Positions 12,163 to 23,396 of a stretch of 64,000 nt of DNA are shown in pieces. Numbering within the stretch: the first letter of the stretch is position 1; each line of letters begins with the position of its first letter. The notes beneath the pieces were generated by a model, which was not told the DNA's origin, did not search any database, and saw only the letters and a list, made by a program, of their open reading frames with translations. The DNA is from Felis catus (taxonomy: Eukaryota), in assembly GCF_018350175.1 (NCBI RefSeq), contig NC_058368.1, positions 208,198,001 through 208,262,000 on the forward strand, read 5' to 3'. The position numbers and the translations under genes were made by a program.

Positions 12163-12653
12163 TGTTAGTTATTCATTGCTGCCTGACAAGTTACCCTAAA
12201 ATTCAGGGGCTTAAAACAGTAAACATTAATTCTCTCGCGATGAGTTTAGGTCAGAAACTCAGAAGCAGCCTAATTGAGTACCTCTGGCTTCGAGTCTCTT
12301 GTGAGGCCACAGTGTGGATGTGGGTGGGGGCTGCAGGCTTGCCTAGGACTAGAGAATCTGCTTGAAAGATGGCTCGCTCAGTGGCTGGTCCTCACCACAC
12401 AGACCTCTCCGTAGTGCTGCCGAGTGGCCTCATAACATGGCAGCTAGCTTCCCCCAGACTTAGTGAGGAGAGAGAGACCATGGTGCCTCCATGATGCCTT
12501 TTATGACCTCGCCTCGGAAGGGAGGAGCCATCGTGTCTGTTGCACTCTGTGTCACACAGGCTGATGCTGATACAGTGCAGGAGTGGACCACACAGGCAGG
12601 CATATCAGGAGGCGTGACCAATGTCATTGGTCATTTGTAGACTGGCTACCACA
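12163..12653 (-). mobile_element. ERVL-MaLR (MLT1-type) solo LTR
   Basis: tgttagttattcattgctgc...ggcttaaaacag ... ggctaccaca termini. Confidence 0.7.
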
Positions 12654-12729
12654 GGGGCCTTTGCCTTCGGTTGACAAGCTGTTGTTGCCAAGAGGAAACA
12701 CTTGATTCACACCTCATTAAGATGACAGC

Positions 12730-13230
12730 ATTAATTCACTTAACAAATACTTATTGAGTACCCGCCATGTATCAGGGACTGTTCTAGTCACCAGGGATAT
12801 AGCAGTGGATGAAACAGTCTCTGCCCATGGAGTTTATAGGCTAGAGGATTAGAAATAAAATTTTAAACATAGTATGTTGGGAGAAAAATAAAGCCGAGAA
12901 AGGGGACTAGGGAAAGAAAGTGACGGGGGAAGAGGGGTTGCAGTTTTAAATAGGATAGCTGGAAAAGACCTCACTATTAAGGTAACATTGGAGCTAAGAT
13001 CTAGAGCAGGCAAGGTAGCAAGCTACACGGGGAGCCAGGGCAGGAGAGCTTCCGCGCACAGGAAGAGAGGTCACAGAGAGCTCAGGAAGCCTGAGGCAGG
13101 TGTCCTCAACACGTTGGAGGAGCGGGACACCAGGAAGCCCGTGCTCGGCCAGAGCCCACCTGAGCAGGAGGAGGTGGGAAGATGTGAGCCAGAGCAGCAC
13201 GAGCCTCAGGTAGGGCCTGAAGGGTGATTT
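12730..13230 (-). mobile_element. LINE-2 3' end
   Basis: ttcacttaacaaatacttattgagtacccgccatgtatcagggactgttctag. Confidence 0.75.
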
Positions 13231-13447
13231 TAATCCACTGGAAGGGGCCTTATGTCTTGCAGACGTTGAGAGCTCGGCTGTTTCATCCCTTCACTTCTAA
13301 GTGGAAGCCACTGAACTGCTTCACATTTTTATGGAGAATTCCAAAAACCTAGAAAAGAATCTCAAGCGCCGCTGTCTCAATTATCGATAGTCTCAACTGA
13401 CATGCCGTACATGTCTTCGAATGCTAACTTTTAAATCTCTTTCCTAG

Positions 13448-13518
13448 TTCCTTCAAAGGGACCAGATACTTGGAGAGAGTGGAGTTCTGATGGAAAAAAC
13501 TTAATAATCTATTGGAAG
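13448..13518 (+). CDS. LIFR: LIFR exon 12 (71 nt)
   Basis: ttcctag|TT CCT TCA AAG...TGG AAG|gtaaat; PSKGPDTWREWSSDGKNLIIYWK. Confidence 0.96.
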
Positions 13519-14295
13519 GTAAATGTCCAATTTTTTTTCCTTAGGTATTTAAATGATTATATATGCTAAACTTGCGTGTGGTACTTGGGTTCTCCAGGAG
13601 ACTGGATTTCCCAGACTGGCTCTTTGCAGCACTGCTGAGAATCTAACCTGGTACTAAAACCCCCCAGACCCCTCATCACTACTGAATCACCACGGCCAGT
13701 GTGGTGAGGGTCTTCTCTGTCGGATCGGAGCGTTCTTTACTTTGATTTCATGAGGACTGGAAAGGACCTGAGGATTTTGTGAATTCCATCCACGACTGTC
13801 ACTTCAGCCAGAAACACCTCAAGAAGTCACAAGTTAGAATCTTAGTTGTGTTGGTGCTACATTTTTTATCTTGAACACATAGGAAACTTTTTACATATTT
13901 CGTGTGTACTTTGTTTCCCTTAAGTAAATTGCATTATTATATGCCACTTAAAATTTTTGCATTTGGGTGGAAAATTAAGTTGTAAAGTTTTGTAAAAATT
14001 TTAGATACAGTGTAAATTGCATTCTGTTTCCACAGTTTTTCTCTACTAGAGCAACCGTTTTTGTTGCTATACTCGTTATCTGATTTGCAGACATCAAAAA
14101 CCATTGTTTTCCACATCAGATATTATAAGAACAGTCATAATTGGATTTCTTTAAATAGGGAATTCTGTTGTTGAAAGTAAAACTATTTTTGCAAAAATTT
14201 GATGTCAATACAACTTTGAGTGAAGTAAGTCTTTGTGCAAGTTCGCTCTAAGTTCTGTTGCTTTGTGGTGGGCTGTATATGACCCCTCTTACTCA

Positions 14296-14478
14296 TTTTT
14301 TTAAATGTTTATTTATTTTTGAGAGAGAGAAGGGGAAGGGAGAGAGAGGATCCCAAACAGGCTCCCCACTGTCAGTACAGAGCCAGACACAGGGCTTGAT
14401 CTCATGAACTGTGAGATCATGACCTGAGCCAAAATCAAGAGTTGGACGCTTACCTGACTGAGCCACCCAGGTGCCCCC
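14296..14478 (-). mobile_element. CAN-SINE
   Basis: ttttttaaatgtttatttatttttgagagag ... agccacccaggtgcccc. Confidence 0.9.
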
Positions 14479-14575
14479 CCTCCCTTACTCTTGATTAGAA
14501 AATCCACTGGCTACCCAACAACTGTCTGTCACATTTCATGATAATATAGTAACGATGATACAGTCACTTCAGTAT

Positions 14576-14757
14576 ATCACTTCTCAGCCTTTTGGCTAAG
14601 ATCAAGTGTAGTATCTGTTCTTAACAGTTTAGTATCCGATATGTCCTCTATCTGAGAACAATATAACACATGCATTTTTGGAATCAGGAGACAGAATAGG
14701 AGCTTGCTCTGTCCATTTCACACTTCAGCCTGGTACTGCAGAACCGGTACTTCAGGT
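14576..14757 (+). pseudogene. RNU2 (pseudogene): U2 snRNA retro-pseudogene, near full length, in LIFR intron 12
   Basis: atcacttctcagccttttggctaagatcaagtgtagtatctgttctt... follows the U2 sequence through the Sm site (atttttgg) and ggagcttgctc...cctggtactgcag; CpG-to-CpA/TpG changes, degenerate 3' end. Confidence 0.92.
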
Positions 14758-14839
14758 ATAGAGAAAATCTGTAATGTTGTTCAAACTAGATGAATGCTTA
14801 ACTGAAGCTTAAAAATACTGAAGTGATTGTAACTTTGGT

Positions 14840-15345
14840 GACTAGGTTGATGGTTCTGCCATTTGTCAAGGACGAGCATATTTGGGTGAAAATTAAGTTG
14901 TTTGGGGTTGAATTTTTTAAATCTGTTTTTAAAAATCTGTGCCAGTGGGATATCCAAGCAGAGTCTAATAGGTGGTGGTTTGATGTAAGGCTCTGGAGTT
15001 CGGGGCAGAAGTCGGAGCTAAGACACAGCTTTGAGTAGCATGTAACTGGGATCACTCAGGGAGAGCACGCAGGGTGCAGAGAGGCCAAGGACGGACCCCT
15101 ACGTGAAAACAGCATAAAAGGACCAGCAAAGGAAGAGGATCCAGCAGAGGAGAGTGGGAAGGGTAGATGGGCAGGAAGACCAGATGAAAATAATATAGCA
15201 GAAGCCGAGAGAGGGGGTTCTGTGAAAGAGTGAGCAGTCAGCATCATCTGATGAAGCCCACAAATCTTGGGATGATAATGGGTAAGGTAGAACAGGTCAT
15301 CGGAGAGTCACTGGGGACCTGTTGTGGAGCAGTGTTTTCAGCAGA
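14840..15345 (-). mobile_element. LINE-2 fragment
   Basis: gtgggatatccaagcagagtctaataggtgg...ggctctggagttcggggcagaagtc resembles antisense L2. Confidence 0.55.
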
Positions 15346-15348
15346 GTT

Positions 15349-15559
15349 GTTTCTGTTTTTAATGAGAGAGATAGAGAGACATAGTCTAAGTGGGGGGGGG
15401 GGGGGAGGGCACAGAGAGAGGAGAGCGAGAATCCTAGGCAGGTTCCGTGCTGTCAGCACAGAGCTTGACGTTGGGCTTGAACTCACGAAAGCGCGAGATC
15501 ATGACCTGAGCCAAGATCAAGGGTTGGACGCTTAACTGACTGAGCCACCCAGGCGCCCC
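15349..15559 (-). mobile_element. CAN-SINE
   Basis: Ends tgagccacccaggcgcccc; flanked by ttcagcaga repeats. Confidence 0.88.
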
Positions 15560-16134
15560 TTCAGCAGAACATTGATACCCAGGTCTGTCTGGATTAGAGG
15601 CTTCCATGCGTCATCATATAAATTGGAGCAGTGGTTTTGAAAAGCAGTTTAGCTCCATAAATAAGTTTGAATGTTTCCTCATGCCCAGTAAGTCTACTTT
15701 AGAAATCCATAATAAAGAATTAATCCTAACTATGAAAATGAAAAGTGGCACTGAAAGGTGCACCAAGTATTATCTTAGTATTGTGAAAAATTGGAAACTA
15801 CTTAAATTTCATTTATTTAAGGAATATTCATGTCAGCTAGTAAAAATACTACATAAAATATAAAGCTGTTAAAGTGTATATATTATAGACAAGTATATTA
15901 TAGAAAGGCAAAAAAAGATAAATTGTATAGAATGATTAAAACAATGTTAAAAAATCTACATCTTAGAAAAACAACTTGAAGAAAGTATTAAAATGTAAAA
16001 GTATTTAAGAGATAGACATGGGAACATTTTATAGTTTTTTTTTTTAACTTTTGTATAATTTCCAAATTTTCGGGTGATGAGTATGTACTGGTTTGATAAA
16101 AGAGTAAATATTTTTTAAAAACTGTGATGCCACA

Positions 16135-16338
16135 GGGGCACCTGGGTGGCTCAGTCAGTTAAGCGTCCAACTTCAGTTCAGGTCATGATCTCACGGTTTG
16201 TGAGTTTCAGCCCCGCGTCAGGCTCTGTGCTGACAGCTTGGAGCCTGGAGCCTGCTTCAGATGCTGTGTCTCCCTCTCTCTGCCCCTCCTCAGCTTTCAC
16301 TCTCTCTCTCTCTTAAAAAATAAACATTAAAAAAAAAA
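16135..16338 (+). mobile_element. CAN-SINE (felid type)
   Basis: ggggcacctgggtggctcagtcagttaagcg ... aaaaaataaacattaaaaaaaaaa. Confidence 0.93.
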
Positions 16339-16811
16339 TTTTTTTTACAGAAAACTATGATGTAGTAATTTTTCTAAGTTTTGTTTATTTATCTCTACAC
16401 GCACAACCCTGAGGTCAGGAGTCACATGCTCTGCTGACTGAGCCAGCCAGGGGTCCCTCATGCCATAATTTTTTACATTTTGCTGGGTAGAGCAGTCATT
16501 CTTACTACTTTTTTCGTTTGTGTCTGAAAAACGAGGCTAAATGCTGTTTTGTATTTACTTAATTTTTAAATTTCTGTGTGTTCTTACTGCTTACGGTAAG
16601 TATAGTTTTTCTTCAGTATCACTTTCCTGATGTATCCTGGTCTCGTGCCTTTTAAATCTGTGTTTTATACTGTTAACAGCTTCATCTATTCCACTGTTAC
16701 CTTGTTGTGATTAACGCAGTACCTGGTTTAGACTTCATGGATGGGCCTGCCTCATCACATAGCCATTTTTTGCAGGTTTCTTGACAGAATTTATTTTTCT
16801 GTTTTTCATAG

Positions 16812-17025
16812 CCTTTGCCCATTAACGAAGCTAATGGGAAAATCCTTTCCTATAATGTGTCATGTTCACTAGATGAGGAGACACAGTCCCTTTCTGAGAT
16901 CCCTGATCCTCAACATAAGGCAGAACTACAACTTGATAAAAATGACTACATCATCAGCGTGGTGGCAAAAAATTCTGTTGGTTCATCGCCACCTTCTAAA
17001 ATAGCTAGTATGGAAATTCCAAACG
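16812..17025 (+). CDS. LIFR: LIFR exon 13 (214 nt), FNIII
   Basis: ttcatag|CCT TTG CCC ATT...CCA AAC G|gtgagt; PLPINEANGKILSYNVSCS...KIASMEIPN. Confidence 0.97.
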
Positions 17026-17530
17026 GTGAGTACTTAAGATAACATAGTACATAAGAACAGGGAATTAGAGTGAAGCATCTTAAAGGTGTTTGCTCGCATA
17101 ATGTCAGCTTTCTTCTCCTGTCCCCTGTTGCTGCTGATGCAAAAGGAGGAACAAGCAGATTAATGTCCCGAATTCATTGAGAGACAGCAGTCATCAGTCA
17201 TTAGTGTTGACTCCAAACATCTACTGATGGATAAAATAATTACCCCGTTACTTTAGTGCATAATGTTGGAGAGTTATGGTGGTAGATTACTCTTCATAGG
17301 AAATGTTTCAACTACTTACTCAAGTACCGTTTTCATTTCTCTCTCCAAGACCATGAGAGCTGATGCTGTATTAGCTCGGCTATTTTGCACACTGCCAGGA
17401 CAAAATGTTCATTTTAAGTGGCCACTTTGTTGGTAATGTCTTACCAACAAACGTCTTTATTATAATATTATAATATATATTATCAATATAAGCTTGAAAA
17501 AGTAACTGGGGCAGTTTTGAAATTAATGCC

Positions 17531-17959
17531 TTTTTTTTTTTAAGTTTATTTATTTATTTATTTATTTAACGTTTATTTATTTTTGAGACAGGGAGAGACA
17601 GAGCATGAACGGGGGAGGGTCAGAGAGAGAGAGAGAGACAGAATCTGAAACAGGCTCCAGGCTCTGAGCTGTGAGCACAGAGCCCGATGCGGGGCTCGAA
17701 CTCACGGACCGTGAGATCATGACCTGAGCCGAAGTCGGACGCTTAACCGACTGAGCCACCCAGGCTCCCCTAAAGTTTATTTTTTGAGAGCAAGAAAGAG
17801 AGGGCAGAGGGGCAGAGAGAGGGGAACAGGGAGAGTCCCAAGTGGGCTCCACATTGTTAGTGCAGAGTCTGACATGGGGCTCGATCTTGCAAACCATGAG
17901 GTTGTGACCTGAGCCAACATCAAGAGGATGCTTAACGGACTGAGCCACCCAGACTCCCC
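17531..17959 (-). mobile_element. Two CAN-SINEs in tandem: younger copy (~17540-17770) inserted into the tail of an older one (17771-17959)
   Basis: Two SINE heads ending at 17770 and 17959; aagtttattt repeated on both sides of the younger copy; tgccttt on both sides of the pair. Confidence 0.9.
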
Positions 17960-19690
17960 TGCCTTTCTTTAAATACTATGGATTCCCAATGATGTGTCCA
18001 TTCTTTCTTGGCCGCCTTTATAGCTCTAGACTTGGGAATTTTAAATAGCCATTTCTGCCTCTTTTCCCGGTCGATTCCTCTTTGAGGTCATTCCCTGCTC
18101 CCCCACTTTGCTGTCCTGCCTCAATATGGGGTCTCCTATCTGTGCCCACCCATTCCTAAAGGAAGAAAAGTTGGTCCAGTTGGGGGTCCTCTGAGTATCT
18201 TTTCAACTCCTGATTGAGGCAGTTTCTTACTGCCTGTAACTTAGCTGGTTCTTTGCTTTGTTTCAGTCGACAGTTTCAGTCGACAATTCGGGGGAATTAG
18301 GAAGGACTAGGGGAGGCGCCATACATTTCAGAGACACACGCAACACAGAGCCCAGGAAGCAGCACACGCCAGAGAGAGAGGTCTCCAGGTAGCAGTGTGA
18401 GCACAAAAAGGAAAGAGAGACACACAGAAGAGAACACCAACACTTCTGATTTAGAGTCTGTATTTCATTGCTTTATAATGATAAGCAATAGCTGTGTTGT
18501 CTTTTAATTTAAGAACTATATTCCTGCCTTCTCCCTGTGTCCTTCGGAAGGTGGCAGTTTATGGAACTAACAGTGGTCTAGCATCAGCACCTAGAGAGTT
18601 AAGAAGAAATCAGTGTGCCTTGAGGATTTCCCAAGATGGCGGCCTTGGGCCTCAGAGCAAGTTTAATCACATTGTGGGGTTTTTCACAATGTGGGGTTTT
18701 AATCACATTGGGCCCAAACATGTTAAATCCAAAGTCTTCTGAATTCTAAACCAAATTGCTATCTTTTGTTAGGTAGTAATTGCCTTATGAGCACAATTTT
18801 TTTTTTTTTCCCAGAAAGCCTTTCTTTGACTTTTTTACTAAACCCTTGAATATAAATCAGTTACAGAAATTATGTCTTTTCTCCCATTACTGTGGGAAAT
18901 TTCGGCCTAACCTACCCAATCCTCACCCCCAACCTTGGGCCTTCCTTATCCCTGGGCCGGGATCTGGCAGGATGGGGAAACAGAACCTCAGCACGGCCCC
19001 CTTCCCACCAACCTCTGCATCTCACCCCTCCCTTTGCCCACACTGGCTGTTCCGTCCCACAGCTCTTGATCCCACTGCATTTTAGCAGATTCCCTATTCT
19101 TCACACCTTCTCCAGGAACCCCTGCAGCCCCCCGCCGCCCTGACTCCCACCATGGGCCTGAAAGGAAGAGCAGGTCTGCTCCATCCACTCATTCACCGCG
19201 TGTCACTGTGCTCCTGCTCCGTGTGCCCCGGGCTGGGGTTGCAGGCACACGCCTCCGCCTGCTGGCCTGGGGCTCATGTCCGTAGTGGACGAGGAGAGGA
19301 GAGGTTAGGACTGTCCACTCGTGCTCTGCACCTGCCTCCGGCATGCCTGCCCCCTGCCTTGCTGCACCTGTCTAGTGCCCTCACGCCCTCAGCCCCATCC
19401 CTCCTGACGCTGACCTTCACATCCAGCCCTGCTGTGTCACCGTCTATCCTGGGTGCTCCTTATTACTTTCTCCAGCTTCTGAGTTTATCTGTATATGCCG
19501 GTAATTACTGTTCTACAACAGGAATAACAGAGCGACATTTCTAAACTTTGCTAGAGATTTATCTAGTTTGAGCACTATTTTAAAATTTCTCTACAGTGAA
19601 GTAATTTTTCTAACTCCTGCCCGTTTTCATGAGATTTACCGTATGTTATTGTTTTTAATACAAGTAAAACATACTTCTTTCTTGTTGAAG

Positions 19691-19870
19691 ATGATCTCAA
19701 AGTAGAGCAGGCTGTCGGGATGGGAAATGGAATTCTCCTCACGTGGAATTACGATCCCAGCATGACTTGTGACTATGTTATTAAGTGGTGTAACACCTCT
19801 CGGGCCGAGCCCTGCCTCATGGACTGGAAAAAAGTCCCTTCCAACAGCACTGAAGCTGTAATAGAATCTG
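19691..19870 (+). CDS. LIFR: LIFR exon 14 (180 nt), FNIII
   Basis: gttgaag|AT GAT CTC AAA...GAA TCT G|gtaaga; DDLKVEQAVGMGNGILLTWNYDPSMTCDYVIKWC...EAVIES. Confidence 0.97.
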
Positions 19871-22469
19871 GTAAGATGAACTCATGCCTCTTAATGAAAG
19901 TTCTTAAAATATATTTTTAAACGGCAGTATATGGTGTGACTGAGTATAATGAGTGACCACCCACCCCCCCACCACCACCACTGTGAATTGGTGTGACTTT
20001 TCTGGAAAGTGCTTTGTAGCCCTATGTGTGTGAAATGGTTCATATCTTTTGATCTAGTAATTACTTGTCTGAGAATTTATTCCAAGAAATAATCAGAGTG
20101 ACATCGGATACCATGTAAGAATGTTCACCACAGTGGTATTTATAAACATAAAAATTGAAAACCCAAACAGCAATTAGGAGAATGAGTAAATTACATCTAG
20201 AAAGTGGAATGTTAACGCCAAAGATTGTGTCAAATATGTAACACCAAGGACAAGTGCTCCTGAAGAAAAAAGACTGGAACCCTAAGTAGTATGGTCTCAC
20301 TCATCGTGTGCTCAGGGTGCAGGTTGCGGGGTTAGGCAGAGCCGAGAACAAAGGACTCGCAGCCATCACTGCTGGTGTAGGGCATGGGGGCACCCGTGTG
20401 GCAAGGGGCATGGTGCGTGCATGTTTTGGGGGGCCGTTCCCAGTGTCTGACTGTTGATGAGCCGTGAGTCCTACCAGGTGAGCTGCTTTAGATATGAGCA
20501 GTCTCGAGTTCAGCCATGAGGAGTGTGTGGTAACCTGCAGGCTAAGCCAGCCCTATCCTTGGTAATTACAGCCCCCTTTCCACTATCATTGTTCCTTCTG
20601 AGCGGCTGATGAGTGTTCTGTGCCTCTGCCCTCGGGAATTGTGGAACATGTAGCTCAGTGGTGGTGGTGCTTCTCGAGGTCATTCCGTTGCCGTGGTTCT
20701 CCCTCACATGGGCACAAGGCTCAGGAGAGCAAGCAGCTGCTGATTCTTATCTCCCAGAGAACCAGGGCTACCTGCCTGCCCTTTTCACTGTCAAATGGTG
20801 AAGATGAGTCCCGCCCACGAGATTACTCCAAGTCGGTTGAGATTATTTGCCACTTCTTGAAATATGCAGTGGTTCCCTTCATCCTTCCTTAGAGCATACC
20901 TCCCTCATCAGAGTGCCCAGCTCACACCAGCTCCTCTCCTGGGCGCCCTCCTCCCCCCACGGAGCTGCCTGAGTCTCCCACAGTCCTGGCACACCCCACC
21001 GGAGCTCTCGTCCGTTTTCCAGCCTTCTCGCTTGAGCTTTGAGAATGACTGGGTGGACTAGGGCAGGCTCAGTGGTGTGGAAAGGGGTCTCCTTGGATAG
21101 CGTGTGACCTGTAGGGTGAGAGGGCCAGCCTCCCGTGCCAAGGCAGGTGAGCAAAGGCCCTGCGGTGTGGTTGAGAGAACAAAGGCTCCGAGAAGTAGGT
21201 GGCTTGGCCCAACGTCACAAAACTGGTGTGGGATAGCACCAGGATTCACATTCCGAGCTGTTCTGAGCCTCAGGAGGCCAGGAGTTGTCTCCATTATATA
21301 TGGTTGCTGGGAGGCACTTCTCTTGTCCCCTTTATGTACTCACTCCACTATCCTCTCTATCTTATGACCTCAAAACATGGAACCCCACTCGGGCTCTTTT
21401 TCTTCTTAAGGCGGTGGAACCCTATAGAATACTGATACACATAATTGTAACATAACGCTGGGTGCGTGCAGATTACAATAACCTCAGGTACACCTGTCTC
21501 GAAAGAAAAAAGTTGCAGAATGATTGTAGAGGTTGATCCATCTCTCCTTTGAGCTTGTAGACCCACTGGTGTTCCTTGGGCATGTAGCTGGAGATCTGGT
21601 GCTCTCACCACACCAGAATTTCCCCCCAAGCAGTATCGTCTCCCTAGACCACCACTGGTGAGCTCCTGATTGCCCTTTAAGGCCCTGTTCACATGTCACT
21701 TCTTGGTGGATTTTCGTGATATTCTTAAATTCATTTGGTCATTGAAGGTGCCACAGCCTACGATAGACCCCTGTGGTCTAGCACATTGTGTCATGGTTAC
21801 CCCGTCCCCCCACCACTCTGCCAGCCTCTCTAGGCCATGGGCCATACTGTGTCTGCCCATTCCCAACATTTCTCACGTTGCATGGTATTGAGGAGGTATC
21901 TTAAAAGGGATTTTTTAACTGAAGTTAAGAAGCTTCTCTTGCATGTCTTGTGAAGTTAATGACTCAAGGGCACTGAATGGTAATGCTACAAAGAGAGGCT
22001 GACTCTATGGCCAGGTCCTTCCACCCTGCAGCGTCAAGGGAGGGCGGAAATGTCAGTGTCTGCTTTGGGGAGCAAGGAGGGAGAGAGAACACTGGCCAGG
22101 GAAGGGCTTCCAGGGGCTTGATGGGGACCTGCGACTTGCTAGTAAACTGACCCTGGACCAGATCCTGGGGAGAAGTCTTCATTGCTTGATTTTAAGAAAC
22201 AAAATGCAAGTTTTGATCACTGTTCTTTCCCTTCAAGGTCATGTCATATTATAATACTGTTCATTACAACAGAAGCGAATTTGTTTAATTTTTCTTCGGT
22301 CACTTTTCACTTTGTCAATTTTGAAAATACAGATGTATTGTTTTAGAAGAAGAAAACATCTGTTTAAAACTAGCTTTGGAAATTTCAGAATAAGCATAAA
22401 TTGAATATTTCTAAAATAGATGTCCATAGTAATATGTACTTATTAAAGTTAATTGTGTTCACCCTGTAG

Positions 22470-22571
22470 ATCAGTTTCGACCGGGCGTAAGATACAATTT
22501 TTTTCTGTATGGGTGCAGAAATCAAGGATATCAGTTACTGCGTTCTATAATTGGATATATAGAAGAATTGG
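22470..22571 (+). CDS. LIFR: LIFR exon 15 (102 nt)
   Basis: cctgtag|AT CAG TTT CGA...GAA TTG G|gtaagt; DQFRPGVRYNFFLYGCRNQGYQLLRSIIGYIEEL. Confidence 0.96.
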
Positions 22572-23119
22572 GTAAGTTACGTGGGTAAAATTTCTTGGAG
22601 TTCAAGGTAATGTGAAAAAATAGAAATCAATTGCAAGAGTAAATTCTATAAATAGATTAAATGGAGATACTTAGCTCAAGGAAGGAAAAATAATTCATTT
22701 GATGAATTTAAAATCGTGATTACTTCATCTTCATTTCTCTAATGTTTATATTTCACGATTTCACCATTGGGAAAACCAGATCTTCATTTTGATGTCAAAG
22801 ATACTTAATTTGCACTTAAACGCATTTAAAACACCATTAGCTTTGAGACCGTCTGTTGGAGTGACCACTTACAGACTTGGCCCAGGACGCTTCCCTGGGT
22901 GTGTGTGTCCTGGGTTCCACCTGTGTGTCTAGTTATTAGCGTATAAGCTTCACAGGAAAAACACTTGTGATAGAATTTCTGAAATTTTACGACTCAGTAG
23001 AGAATAAAGTTCTAAGTCCAAATGCAGTTATTTTTGAGGATAGAAATTTCATGAAATGTTGATGTCTTGCTCCGTATCAGTAAATCCTCCCTTAACTATC
23101 CACTTTTTCCCTTTTACAG

Positions 23120-23287
23120 CTCCAATTGTTGCCCCAAATTTTACTGTCGAGGACACATCTGCAGATTCAATATTAGTAAGATGGGAAGATATTCCTGTGG
23201 AAGAGCTTAGAGGCTTTTTAAGAGGATATTTATTTTACTTTGAAAAAGGAGAGAGAGACACATCTAAGATCAGGGGTTTGGAATCCG
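23120..23287 (+). CDS. LIFR: LIFR exon 16 (168 nt), membrane-proximal FNIII
   Basis: ttttacag|CT CCA ATT GTT...GAA TCC G|gtaagt; APIVAPNFTVEDTSADSILVRWEDIPVEELRGFLRGYLFYFEKGERDTSKIRGLES. Confidence 0.97.
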
Positions 23288-23352
23288 GTAAGTAAATTAC
23301 CTGATTGTGAGTATAGCAAGAACAGTACTTCCTAGAAGTTCTCATTAACCAC

Positions 23353-23396
23353 AAAAAAAAAGAAAAAAAAAAAAAAAAAAGAAAAAGAAAAAGAAA
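23353..23396 (+). repeat. A-rich tract in LIFR intron 16
   Basis: Long A runs interrupted by single G residues, ending in gaaaaa units. Confidence 0.9.

Noticed and set aside
14576..14757. Functional U2 snRNA gene
   Set aside because: CpG decay, disrupted 3' stem-loops and no recognisable snRNA promoter or 3' box; kept as a pseudogene
16135..16215. tRNA-like A-box/B-box sequences
   Set aside because: Heads of tRNA-derived CAN-SINEs followed by CT tract and A-tail; not tRNA genes
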